A DNA stretch of 64,000 nucleotides from Eledone cirrhosa (GCA_964016885.1 OZ024741.1:219356001-219420000); one strand, 5' to 3'. Positions 11,882-23,482 are shown, counted from the stretch's first letter. Numbers and translations are program-made. The notes: a model not told the origin generated them from the sequence alone.

Positions 11882-12757
11882 GTAATAATAATAAATGTGA
11901 AGACTAAAATCTGAAAAGGGCTCGATAAGGATAATATATATATCAAAATATATAAAAACCATAGAGCAAATATTTATTATAATAAAAGATTAAAGTTTAA
12001 GCAAAGAATCACTACTTTCACCCGTAACGATCTCTTCTGAAACTCATATATATATATATTGACGTAAAATGATGATGATATACTAGCAGTGTATCCCGGC
12101 GTTGCACGGGTAAGAACATTGGTAATAGCACCTCCAATGAGAAACGTTTATTTGTGAGTGCCTATTAAAAACTCACGAAAGTATACCGGCAAGAAACTTG
12201 CTTTATTTGGAGAAAATTAAGAAGTTGAAAGTACAGTTTAGCTGTCTACGTGCATTGTTCATAGAAATATTGTTGAGCCCCTTCTTTTCATACTCCTCTG
12301 TTTTGGCCTTTTGGAGTAAATGTGAAAGAGAAAGTCACAGGTTAAGTTGGCAGAAGGTTCCAGTGTCATAGCAGTAGGCTACTTACCTCAAAAGTTCATT
12401 CGCACTCTTTCCACTAAGTTACTCTTTCTCTCTATCCCTCTCGGTGCAGTCCCTTGCGAATTTCTCACATCCGATGCACATGTCCACTTTGTACGGCTTT
12501 TGGAGGAAAGAGTGACCAGCAGTACGTTGTTCGGTATTATTACGAAAAGGTGTAGCAGAGAATCCCGCGTGAACTAACAGCTCGGGAGGAAACTGCTTAC
12601 CTCGAAGATTCATTTGCCATCGTTCTTGTCAACGCTCCGTTTAGTTGGTATTTGTTGGTCTACAGTTAGATGAATGGCGCACAAAGGGTTAATGTTTATT
12701 GGCAAGAAGTTTTTTGAATAATAAAAGACGGGTTAAAGTGACCTACAATGTATTTGT

Positions 12758-13038
12758 ATCATCATCATCATCATCATTTTATGTCCGCTTTTCCCTGCTT
12801 GCAAGGGTGGGACGAGAACTGATTCTGGCTTGATTTCTACAGCTGGATGCCCTTCCTAACACCAACCTCATTTACAGTGAGTGCTGGGTGCTTTTTTTGC
12901 CGTGGCACCTCCACGACCATTTTGCAGTGGAATGATAGGGACCCCTGTGTCTTGCTCAAGGAAACAACACATCACCCGGTCTGAGAATTGAACTCACAAC
13001 CTTTTGATTGCAAGGCCAATGCTCTAACCACTAAGCCA
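12758..13038 (-). mobile_element. SINE family A with RTE-derived tail
   Basis: Matches 10093-10411 and 24506-24846. Confidence 0.8.
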
Positions 13039-13132
13039 TATATATATATACACACACACACAGATACATAGATATATGTGTGTGTATGTATGCATATATA
13101 TGTATATATATATATGTGTGTGTGTGTGTATG

Positions 13133-13229
<97 letters not shown>

Positions 13230-13330
13230 AAATATATTTTTATGTGTATATTTATATATATGTATATGTGTATATATATATGTGTATATATATGTGTGTA
13301 TATGTGTTTGTATATGTATATATATATACA
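13039..13330. repeat. Compound (TA)n/(GT)n microsatellite
   Basis: Direct reading. Confidence 0.95.
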
Positions 13331-14472
13331 TTTTATGTCCCAAATGCAAAGTATGGGTGCATAAAAGATGTAGTGAGATCACAGGTAAGCTAACTAAGAA
13401 TATAGATTTTATATGTGGCCAGTGCTCAGGTGCAAAAAGTAGCAGCAAGTGCCCAGAGAATACTATCTCATTCCATTGCACAGATGGTTCTATAGAAATA
13501 GTGGACACCTTCCGTTACCTGGGTGACAAAATCAGCAGTGGTGGAAGGTGCTCTGAAAGTACAGTAGCCAGAGTCAGAACGGGATGGAAAAAGTTTAGAG
13601 AGCTTATACTACTATTGGCCGCTAAAGGGTTCTCTCTAAAAATGAAAGGCAGGCTGTATAATGCCTGCATACGAACAGGAATGTTACATGACAGCGAAAC
13701 TTGGGCATTGTGTGCAGAGGATATATGCAGACTGGAGAGGAATGAAGCATGCATGCTCTGCTGGATGTGTAATAGTAATATAGGTGAACGGCAAAGCATA
13801 AATGAACTAAGGCAGAAATTAGGAATAAGAGGAATCAGTTGTTGTTTACTCGAGAGAAGACTACATTGGTATGGTCACATGATGCGCATGAAAGACGACA
13901 GCTGTATAAAAAAGTGCAGGGCGATAAAAATAGACGGTAGCCACGGAGTAAACAGACCCAGAAAAACCTGGGACGACTTGATAAATTCCGACCTTACACT
14001 CTTACACCTCTCCAAGTCAATGTCACTGGACCGAGATCTTTGGTGCTACACAGTAATACAGAAGACCCGCCTTGCCTAAGTACAAAGCGAAACCTACAGT
14101 CAGTAGGCACCTCTTAACAAAAATACACACCCATCCCACTACCCCCACCCCATCCACACCACCCCTTTCGATGTAAAGTTATGTTGGTACCACAACATCC
14201 AGTCCGAAACAAATGAGGTCGTGTAGCTGTCACGACAAAAATACACACAGTCCTCGCTGTAATGTGGCCGTGTATGTAACACGGTAAAAACCTCCCAGTC
14301 CACACTGTAAACGTGGTTGGTGTTAGGAAGGGCATCTAGCCGTAGAAAACCCGTCAGACAGTCATATACGAGCAAGACAACCAATCTTGCCTCAAGTGGG
14401 AAAATTCCCGTCCAAACCCATGCAAGCGTGGAAGATGGACGTTAAACGATGATGATGATGATGATGATGATA
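13330..14472 (+). mobile_element. 5'-truncated RTE LINE with about 250 uninterrupted codons, 3' UTR and (GAT)n tail
   Basis: [12 protein letters not shown]...FICGQC...FRYLGD...GWKKFREL...ERRLHWYGHM...RPRKTW, stop at 14079. Confidence 0.9.
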
Positions 14473-14693
14473 CAAGGGATAACAAAATATCGTTATAGGT
14501 AATCTAGATAGAGGTTGTGAATACTTCTTATTATGGATAGTTTTAGCGTACGGCTTTGTTTGACTCAACAAGTGGTTTACGTAGGTGGCGAGCTTATGAT
14601 TTCACTTGTATTCCTATGTAAGTTTATCTTGGAGTAATCAAATTGAAAAAGTGGAGAATAACATGGTCAACAGTACAAAAAGGGGATTTATTT

Positions 14694-14805
14694 ACAGTCT
14701 AACAATTGTTTCTCTGATTAAGTTGTCTAAAAATTGCTGAACACTAGAAGCAGTGCCACTCAATTTCAAATACGATGCTAGCTCGATCAGATCTTCAGAA
14801 ACTGT
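14694..14805 (-). ncRNA. Type I hammerhead motif with a large (about 67-nt) stem II loop
   Basis: Minus strand: ACAGTTT-CTGAAGA-TCTGAT...ATCAGA-GAAAC-AATT-GTT-AGACTGT-AAATAAA; 7-bp stem I, 6-bp stem II, palindromic stem III. Confidence 0.65.
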
Positions 14806-15352
14806 TACAAAAAATATATATAACCGGCAAATTTACAAATTCAAATTACATCATGAATAATAATATTAATAATAAAGATTTCTTCTCTCTATATTTTTCT
14901 CTGTATTCATTTCTCCTTTTTATTTTTATTTCTCTTTTTATTTTTATTTTTCCTTTTCTTTTCTTTCTTTCCTGTATCTATCTGCCTTTCTTTTTTTCTC
15001 ACTCTATTTTTATTATTTGTACTATTGACCATGTTATTCTCCACTTTTTCAAATTTATATATATATATATATATACTATAAAGTATGTCCATAGAATCAT
15101 TTGATAATATATACACCATTTCCTCACCCAATTAGCATAATCGACCACATAAAAAATCAATTAAACCAGGCTATAAGATTAAAAGGCACCTATGAAGAAA
15201 TATAAGATAAATAAACGACAGCTATCTCTTCGCGGCCGACCGCCATAGAACATTTCAACAGCACGTGGAAATCCACTAAATATACCGTCAACCATACACA
15301 ATTAGGTATAAAATTAAAGTTAGAAGAAATGCGTACACACTTACCAGGATTA

Positions 15353-15423
15353 TGTCTCTACCCTCGGGTTTCGTTCGCATTTTGAGATATCCTATTAAGG
15401 ATAAAATCTCGAGCTTCGAACTC
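15353..15423 (-). ncRNA. 3' part of a hammerhead (stem II, GAAAC, stem III, GTA, stem I 3' strand)
   Basis: Minus strand: GA-GTTCG...CGAAC-GAAAC-CC-GA-GG-GTA-GAGACA; clipped by a TA run just before the core. Confidence 0.55.
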
Positions 15424-15766
15424 TATATATTATCAAATGATTCTGTGAACATACTTTATAGTATATTGCTCTGATTGTTTAATTTATTAATTCATCATTG
15501 AGCCACATCGTGAATGGTTGCCAAAACATATATATATGTCACTTTGTATAGTTTGTGTATATGTAAATCTTTATATTTAATAATCTCCCATTAGGTTGAG
15601 ATGCAATTTGGGCAATTTTGGGCTGCGCTTTCTAGCAACCAGCCCACTCGCCGTAAGCAACCAATCACATTCTTTCTGACTTGACCACTGCCACGTCAGG
15701 ATTTTTAGCCATTTTGAATTTGTTTCTAGCGGGGATCATTTTGGAAAATTACTTGTCCTATGAGTT

Positions 15767-15823
15767 TGTTTCCTGACGAGTTCGAAGCTTGAAATGTTAT
15801 CCTTAATAGGATATCTCAAAATG
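15767..15823 (+). ncRNA. 5' part of the same hammerhead family (stem I 5' strand, CTGACGA, stem II)
   Basis: TGTTTC-CTGACGA-GTTCG...; shares 46 bp in inverted orientation with 15378-15423. Confidence 0.55.
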
Positions 15824-16156
15824 TGTGTGTGTGTGAATGTAGTGAAGATAATATGTCACCAATGACGTACTCATCAGAATGTCGTAATGCAGACAAGCAG
15901 ACATGCAGACAGATATTATAAGGGCTCGACGGAGATCGATAACCGGCGCCTAACACCCCTTTAACAACAGAAAATTTAAAAATAAAAGCTGCAGTTAATA
16001 TCTTTAGACCGCAAGGAATATATAAATGCAAGTCAATCGGAATAGAAATGTGGATTTGTATAGACTTTGCAAAAATGAGGACACACACACAGACAACTAC
16101 AGTTTTATATATATAGATATATGTATATATATGTATATATATATACATATAAATAC

Positions 16157-16273
<117 letters not shown>

Positions 16274-16329
16274 CATATATATATACATATATATATACAC
16301 ATATTTTTTAATATAGTTTTAATATAGAT

Positions 16330-16382
16330 GAGATTCTACCGGACTAGAACTGTTTCATTCCTTAGAAATCATCAGGAATCCC
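16330..16382 (-). ncRNA. Type I hammerhead motif with canonical CTGATGA/GAAAC core and GUA site
   Basis: Minus strand: GGGATTC-CTGATGA-T-TTC-TAAG-GAA-T-GAAAC-AG-TTCTAGTC-CG-GTA-GAATCTC; 7-bp stem I with one G.U. Confidence 0.7.
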
Positions 16383-16410
16383 TATATACATATATATACA
16401 CACACACATA

Positions 16411-16453
<43 letters not shown>

Positions 16454-16464
16454 CACGGCTAGAG

Positions 16465-16676
16465 TGAAGACGTGTCTTTTTTCTCTCGTCAAATACGCCA
16501 AAACTTATGTTCGAAAAGAGTTGTTGACTTGATATTTTTCCTCTCTTTACGTTGCTTCACCCTTCGTGTTTGTTTACGTTTTTTTCCCTCTCCCCCCTTT
16601 TTTATCCCAATAACTTATTTTTGTTATTGCTCGCCCTAGCAGACAACTGACAATGGATATTACCCTCTTTCGCCCG

Positions 16677-16678
<2 letters not shown>
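16465..16678 (+). repeat. Unclassified dispersed repeat; inverted copy at about 19730-19981
   Basis: GTGAAGACGTGTCTTTTTTCTCTCGTCAAA...CTAGCAGACAACTGAC versus its reverse complement at 19740-19981. Confidence 0.8.
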
Positions 16679-16768
<90 letters not shown>

Positions 16769-16970
16769 TATAAAAAAACGAAAAACCATGTCTCGAGCTA
16801 CCTGCCGACGAAACAATTGTAACACGCAATAAATTGAGTCCAGATGCATCACTGATTTTTCGTTTTTTTACACTATACACACCCTACTCTGTTGAATATT
16901 GAGTGCTAATTTTGGCATACCGCCTATGGAAGCACCATAGCTACCATTATACACAAGTATATATATATAT

Positions 16971-17290
16971 ATTGAAAGGATAACAAGGACGATTGGTTAC
17001 TCCTTCATTATATTTATTGGTAGGTGACGCGCGTTTCGCCACTGATCAGCTCAAGGTTCGATCTGTATCGATCTTACCCGACTCTATAATCGGCAGCTCG
17101 ACGGACCCTTTAAAATGCTAGTAGAAAATGAATACATGCTATGATAAAGTCAGAAGTTCATATGTTGGTCAATATGAATTGTTTTGATTGGTGGAATAGA
17201 TCATTCGCCTGTAGTGTATGTGGGGTGGATGTGATGATAAGATGTTGGTGACGGTCACTGGCTGGGATGGGGGTGGTGGATTGACTTTCA
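16971..17290 (-). mobile_element. Penelope-like terminal repeat, inverted partner of about 19250-19596
   Basis: High-identity reverse complement; GACGCGCGTTTC and TTTATT motifs; starts in (TA)n. Confidence 0.6.
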
Positions 17291-18428
17291 ACCCCACGCA
17301 AAATTCGATCCTGTAAATGTACTGTCGCACACACCACCACCGCCACCACTAGATACATCCCCATACTTCAACAATCATTAACATAACCAACACATATCAT
17401 CCCTCACTCCCAGAACGACTGTGTTATATCTGCCCTCTCTGTCTACTTTACCCTGTAACCCACCGTAACATCTGATCATGTAAATATATTGTTGAACATA
17501 TCACCCCATCACCCCCACCACCACCATGACCACACACATCGTTATACGTCCACAAACTTTTTTTCCCCATGTTCCCTATGTCACTTTTTAACCTGTAACC
17601 CATCGTATTATTCGATCCTGTATATTTTTTGTCGCTCAAAACTCCACCACCGCCACCACAAGGCACAACTCCCAATCATTAACTTCATTAACATCGCCAA
17701 CACATACCTTCCCTCTCGAACCAACGCAAGTGTGTGTGTCTGTGTGTAAGTATATTTATGTATATATATATATATATATATTATGAAAGTAAAACGGCTC
17801 TGTTTAATTACATTGAGCTATACCTTTTACTGTCATTTCTATAATACGAAGAGGGTGTTTAACTCCAACACGCTCCAGTATTTTAATCCTTATATATATA
17901 TATATATATATATAAATGAAAGGTATAGAAAGTATTGTAGCAAGAAGCCAACAGTATTCCATAATATATAAGTGACTATAGCGTCAAAATGGGAAAATAG
18001 TTAACGTAATATGTGGGAAAAAAATAATTCAAACTCAATTCAAAAAGAATCAGGATATAGATTTATCCAACAGAATTTAGTGAAATCCAGGGAAAAATCA
18101 ATAGAGCCTTAACTCATGATAAAATAAAGTTTAAAATACTCATCCTTCAATTTGGGACAACTACAAATGCTCTGTATAGTCTTGAAAAAGACTATTTCAC
18201 GTAAACTTTCAGTGGAGATGGTCACGGTTGGAATACGATCATCAGCAGAGCTCAACACGATAGCCAAATTCTCACTGATTAATATGCCAAAAAGGGAATT
18301 TAAAAGCAGGCTAGTTTAACATCATGCGTGATTATGAAAATAATATATATATATATATATATATATGCTGGCTTTTTGCTACAATATTTTCTATACCTTT
18401 CATATATATATATATATATATTTATATA

Positions 18429-18489
<61 letters not shown>

Positions 18490-18889
18490 GTATGTCTATA
18501 TGTACAACACTATCTCCATTGGCTCTCACCCTCCCTCTATCTATGTACTACGCCACCCCCACTGACACTCCCCCCTCTCTATATATATCCACATGCGCGC
18601 ATGCATATATGTGTGTATATATGCATATAAATATACGTATGTGTGGGTGTATGTGTGTATGTGTGTATGTGTATATATGTCAGTATATATACGCATGTGT
18701 ATGTATACAACGTTTTTGTCAGACTAAGAGTGTCTAGGTATGTATCTCCCCATGGATTTGACACCACCAACACATCCACCACACCACCACAAATACCATT
18801 ACCATAAACAACAACACCACACCCACACCACACACAATAATCAGCCACAAATATACGCCAATCTATCTACCGACAATCCACTACCCCCA

Positions 18890-19350
18890 CACCACCGCCC
18901 ATCCCAGTCAGCGACGTCACCACATCTTATCATCACATCCACCCCCACATACACTACAGGCGAAAGTCAATCCACCACCCACACACCACAGCCCATCCCA
19001 GCCAGTGACCGTCACCAACATCTTACCATCACATCCACCCCCACATACACTACAGGTGAAAGTCAATCCACCACCCCCACACACCACAGCCCATCCCAGC
19101 CAGTGACCGTCACCTCCATCTTATCATCACATCCACCCCCACATACACTACAGGCGAAAGTCAATCCACCACCCACACACCACAGCCCATCCCAGCCAGT
19201 GACCGTCACCACCATCTTATCATCACATCCACCCCCACATACACTACAGGTGAAAGTCAATCCCCCCCCCCACACCACAGCCCATCCCAGCCAGTGACCG
19301 TCACCACCATCTTATCATCACATCCACCCCCACATACACTACAGGCGAAT
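18890..19350. repeat. About 96-98-bp C/A-rich tandem repeat, about 5 units
   Basis: GAAAGTCAATCC recurs near 18962, 19058, 19156 and 19252. Confidence 0.9.
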
Positions 19351-19697
19351 ACATCCCTATGATCTAGTCCACCAATCAAAACAATTCATATTGACCAACG
19401 TATGAACTTCTGACTTTACCATATAGCATGTATTCATTTTCTACTAGCATTTTAAAGGGTCCGTCGACTGCCGATTATTGAGTCGGGTAAGATCGATACA
19501 GATCGAACCTTGAGCTGATCAGTGGCGAAACGCGTGTCACCTACCAATAAATATAATGAAGGAGTAACCAATCGTCCTTGTTATCCTTTCAATATATTAC
19601 ACTCTGTATAGCTCTACACCTCAACACAGAAGTGAACCTAAACATCGAGTGCTCACCCGGGTGAACCTGCAGTAACTCCAAGTTACACTCCCTAGAT
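19350..19697 (+). mobile_element. Penelope-like terminal repeat with a degenerate hammerhead-like motif
   Basis: CTGATCA-GTGGC-GAAAC-GCGT-GTC (19515-19538), AATAAA at 19546, ends in (TA)n. Confidence 0.5.
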
Positions 19698-19729
19698 ATA
19701 TATATATATATATAATGAAAATAAAAGCT

Positions 19730-20270
19730 ACGGGAATATCCATCGTCAGTTGTCTGCTAGGAATCATAGGTATTTCTTCGCGTTAGAGACAAGATACCTC
19801 AGCCTAGGGCGAACAATAACTAAAATAAGTTGTTGGGATAAAAAAAGGAGAGAGAGAGAAAAAAATGTAAACAGACACGAAGGGTGAATCAACGTAAAGA
19901 GAGGAAAAATATCAAGTCAACAACTCTTTTCGAACATAAGTTCTGGCGAGTTTGACGAGAGAAAAAAGACACGTCTTCACTGTTAGCGAGAGAAGAGACT
20001 GTTTACAGTGGCAGACGAGGGAGGAATTGAACTAGTGGAGAGAGGGTGACTAGCAGAGAGGAAGTGAGTGAAAGTAAGAGGAAGCGAGAAAGAGATTGTT
20101 ATAGTGGCAGGATAGCCGAGAGATGGTGACTAGCAAAGGGGGTGAGCGAAAGTAAGAGGGAGAAGGAGAGAGAGGATAGCAACAAGGGGAGAGGAAAGAC
20201 GGGTCACAGCGGAGAAGGAAACTTATATGAATAAAATGGCGGGCGGTGTGGTTGTAGGTGCGTACATATA
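19730..20270 (-). repeat. Longer copy of the unclassified repeat at 16465-16678, with GA-rich internal duplications
   Basis: Reverse-complement match over about 240 bp. Confidence 0.7.
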
Positions 20271-20281
20271 ATAAATATATA

Positions 20282-20546
20282 TCATCATTTCATTTTACGT
20301 CCACTTTTCCCTGCTTGCAAGGGTGGGACGGGAACTGATTCTGGCTTGATTTCTACAGCTGGATGCCCTTCCTAACACCAACCTCATTTACAGTGAGTGC
20401 TGGGTGCTTTTTTGCCGTGACACCTCCACGACCACTTTGCAGTGGAATGATAGGCAACCCAGTCCCTATCATCTCATTTCTACAGCTGAGTAAACGGAAG
20501 CAATGTGAAATAAAGTGTCTTGCTCAAGGAAACAACACATCACCCG
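20282..20546 (-). mobile_element. SINE family A, head truncated
   Basis: Matches 10115-10345. Confidence 0.8.
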
Positions 20547-20629
20547 TGCATATATGTGCATATATATATATATATATATATATCCTATAAGGTGTTGATA
20601 AAATGATAAAATGTTCCCAGCGTATGCTG

Positions 20630-20782
20630 TCAAGTTGATTGTTTTAGGAAGGGCATCCAGCCATAGAAACTAAGCCAAAAAAATAGTCTATATGAGCAAA
20701 ACATAGTCACCTGACAAGTATCAATCTTTGTGTGTGACAGCCTGTTTAATTCATGCAACCATGGAAAATAGATGTTAAACTG

Positions 20783-20816
<34 letters not shown>
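20630..20816 (+). mobile_element. RTE-type 3' end with (GAT)n tail
   Basis: TTAGGAAGGGCATCCAGCCATAGAAA...CATGGAAAATAGATGTTAAA(GAT)n. Confidence 0.65.
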
Positions 20817-20895
20817 AAGCCCAGAATGCTGTAAGGCAAAGTTGACCTCAACAGGATTTGAAACCACAACTTGATTCTGTGAATCCACCGCCTCG

Positions 20896-21105
20896 TCATC
20901 ATCATCACCATCATCATTTTCATATCCATTCTTTTCCACGCTTGCATGGGTTGACAGGTCTATTTCAGCACAACATCTCTCCACACTCCACAATCCTTCG
21001 CCATCTCCACTGTGAGTTTCAACAGTTCAACAGTTTGAGATCAGCTCTTACTACTTCTGCCCAGGTCTTCCTTGGCCTTCCTCTATTGCTGTTTCCCTCC
21101 ACTCG
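20896..21105 (-). mobile_element. RTE LINE extreme 3' fragment
   Basis: Similar to 6823-7035; minus strand reads like GNSNRGRPRKTWAEVVRADL. Confidence 0.7.
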
Positions 21106-21242
21106 GATGAACTACATATCCTTGTTAGTTTATTGTAAAAACATAACTGACAGTTGAATATGTTGACATTTAGGGGCATCTGGCCCTATTGAGTAAAGCC
21201 TAGCAATTTTGCTCAATTCCCTATTTATATATTGATCTCATG

Positions 21243-21580
21243 GAAACTGTTGCAAGACGTGCGACCAAACGAATGCCCTCCATCAGGCATCTACCATACT
21301 CTGAATGCCTTGCTTCCTGGGGCATAGATACATTAAACCTTTAGCATTTACATTACTCTATATATACTATTGTATTTTTGTGGTTAAGGCTTTATCTTAC
21401 ACAATTATCTCACATAATATCAAATCTATGAGATTTTGTTATATATTTTGAGAACAATACCTTAACGTCAGTATGAGTGCCGAGTTTTGTCTGGTTTGAA
21501 CGGAAGCAGGTGAGAGAATTCTGGCTGGATATAGCCAGTTTAAATGCTAAAGGGTTAAAGCTTCGACATCTGGTCCACCA
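21243..21580 (+). mobile_element. CR1-type LINE fragment interrupted by a MITE
   Basis: RRATKRMPSIRHLPYSECLASWGIDTL|KLRHL, the CR1 QRRATK..L.Y.ERL motif, resumes after the MITE. Confidence 0.6.
21337..21554. mobile_element. piggyBac-type MITE with TTAA target duplication
   Basis: TTAA|ACCTTTAGCATTTA ... TAAATGCTAAAGGG|TTAA. Confidence 0.8.
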
Positions 21581-21696
21581 AGTTTGTACTTATGCTGCAA
21601 CATTGACTTTGACTTTTACATCTATTTACACTCTCCACACTACAGCCATAACACAGGAATACAACCCAAATAAAACAGACCTTGTGACAGCATTTA

Positions 21697-21736
<40 letters not shown>

Positions 21737-21744
21737 TAGGTATC

Positions 21745-22635
21745 ATGACAAAAGTGCCAGTCCACTCTGTAAAGTGGTCGTTTATGTGTCACAACAAAAA
21801 GCACCCAACACTGTAAAGTGGTTGTGTAGGTGCCATGACGAAAAGCATCCAGACCACACTGTAAAGTGATCGTGTAGGTATCACAACAAAAAACACCCAG
21901 CACACACTGCAAAGTGGTTGTGTAGGTGTCACAACAAAAAACACCCACCACACACTGCAAAGTGGTTGTGTAGGTGTCACGACAAAAAACGCCCAGCACA
22001 CACTGCAAAGTGGTTGTGTAGGTGTCACAACAAAAAACACCCAGCACACACTGCAAAGTGGTTGTGTAGGTGTCACAACAAAAAACACCCAGCACACACT
22101 GCAAAGTGGTTATGTAGGTGTCACAACAAAAAACACCCAGCACACACTACAAAGTGGTTGTGTAGGTGTCACGACAAAAAACACCCAGCACACACTGCAA
22201 AGTGGTTGTGTAGGTGTCACGACAAAAAACACCCAGCACACACTACAAAGTGGTTGTGTAGGTGTCACAACAAAAAACAACCACCACACACTGCAAAGTG
22301 GTTGTGTAGGTGTCACAACAAAAAACACCCAGCACACACTGCAAAGAGGTTGTGTAGGTGTCACAACAAAAAACACCCAGCACACACTGCAAAGTGGTTG
22401 TGTAGGTGTCACGACAAAAAACGCCCAGCACACACTGTAAATGTGGTTGTGTAGGTGTCACGACAAAAAACACCCAGCACACACTGTAAATGTGGTTGGC
22501 GTTAGGAAGGTCATACAGCTGTAGAAAAGAGGCCAAAATCATTTCCATATATGTGAATCAAGGTCCTCTGACCTGATGTCTCACAAAGGGACTGCCCGTC
22601 CTAGCCATGCTAGCAGGGAAAATGGATGTTAAATT
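21745..22635 (+). repeat. 48-bp minisatellite (about 15 units) expanded inside an RTE 3' UTR, followed by the RTE 3' end
   Basis: Unit GTGTCACAACAAAAAACACCCAGCACACACTGCAAAGTGGTTGTGTAG; 16-aa ORF periodicity; continues into GTTAGGAAGG...CATGCTAGC. Confidence 0.9.
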
Positions 22636-23152
22636 ATGATAATTGTTTCTACTTTTGGCACAAGGCCAGCAAATTACCCAGTACATTACTGGTACTTTAT
22701 TTTATCGATCCCGTAAGTATGAAAGGCAAAGTTAACCTCAGCGTGATTTGAACTCAGATCGTAAAGGGACGTAACTACGCTGGGAAGCGTGTCTGACCCT
22801 CTACCGATACTGCCAATTCACCGCCCTTGTTAAATTATGATAATTGTTTCTATTTTTAGGCACAAGGCCAGCAATTACCCAGTACATTACTGGTACTTTA
22901 TTTTATCGACCCCGTAAGGATTAAAGGCAAAGTTAACCTCGGCGGGATTTGAACTCAGATTTGAACTTGTTAAATTATGATAATTGTTTCTACTATTGGC
23001 ACAAGGCCAGCAATTACCCAGTACATTACTGGTACTTTATTTTATCGACCCCGTAAGGATGAAAGGCAAAGTTAACCTCGGCCTTTCATCCTTACGGGGT
23101 CGATAAAATAAAGTACCAGTAATGTACTGGGTAATTGTTAAATTATGATAAT
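22628..23152 (-). mobile_element. Three tandem copies of SINE family B, the last ending in a 57-bp perfect fold-back
   Basis: Reverse complement of 24365-24483; copies separated by GTTAAATTATGATAAT. Confidence 0.8.
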
Positions 23153-23342
23153 GATGATGATATATATATAATTTATATTGCAAATAATGTCTTTTTCCTT
23201 TGATTCTATTCTTCTGACATCTTTAGCTGATTTTGCTATTCTTATGTTATGCACATTTACTAATATTGTAGATGTATTGTTGATAAAATTAATAGCTAAC
23301 ATCTGTGATTCAATATATATTGTAAACATATAAGTGGCTAAA

Positions 23343-23447
23343 GTGTGTCTGTGTGTCTGTGAATGTGTGTGTGTGTGTGTATGTCTATGTTTGTGTGTAT
23401 GTGTCAGTGTATGAGTGTTTATATGCCTATGTTTCTGTGTGTGTCTA

Positions 23448-23482
<35 letters not shown>

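Noticed and set aside
13078-14079. 333-aa intact gene
   Set aside because: The N-terminus is microsatellite; the rest is a 5'-truncated RTE lacking the endonuclease and RT catalytic core
15855-15882. CTGATGA on the minus strand (similar lone cores at 11088 and 19743-19749)
   Set aside because: No GAAA and stems at suitable spacing; cannot be called a hammerhead
18740-19297. 185-aa Pro/His/Thr-rich ORF
   Set aside because: Derived from the about 97-bp tandem repeat and low-complexity DNA; no splice or homology support
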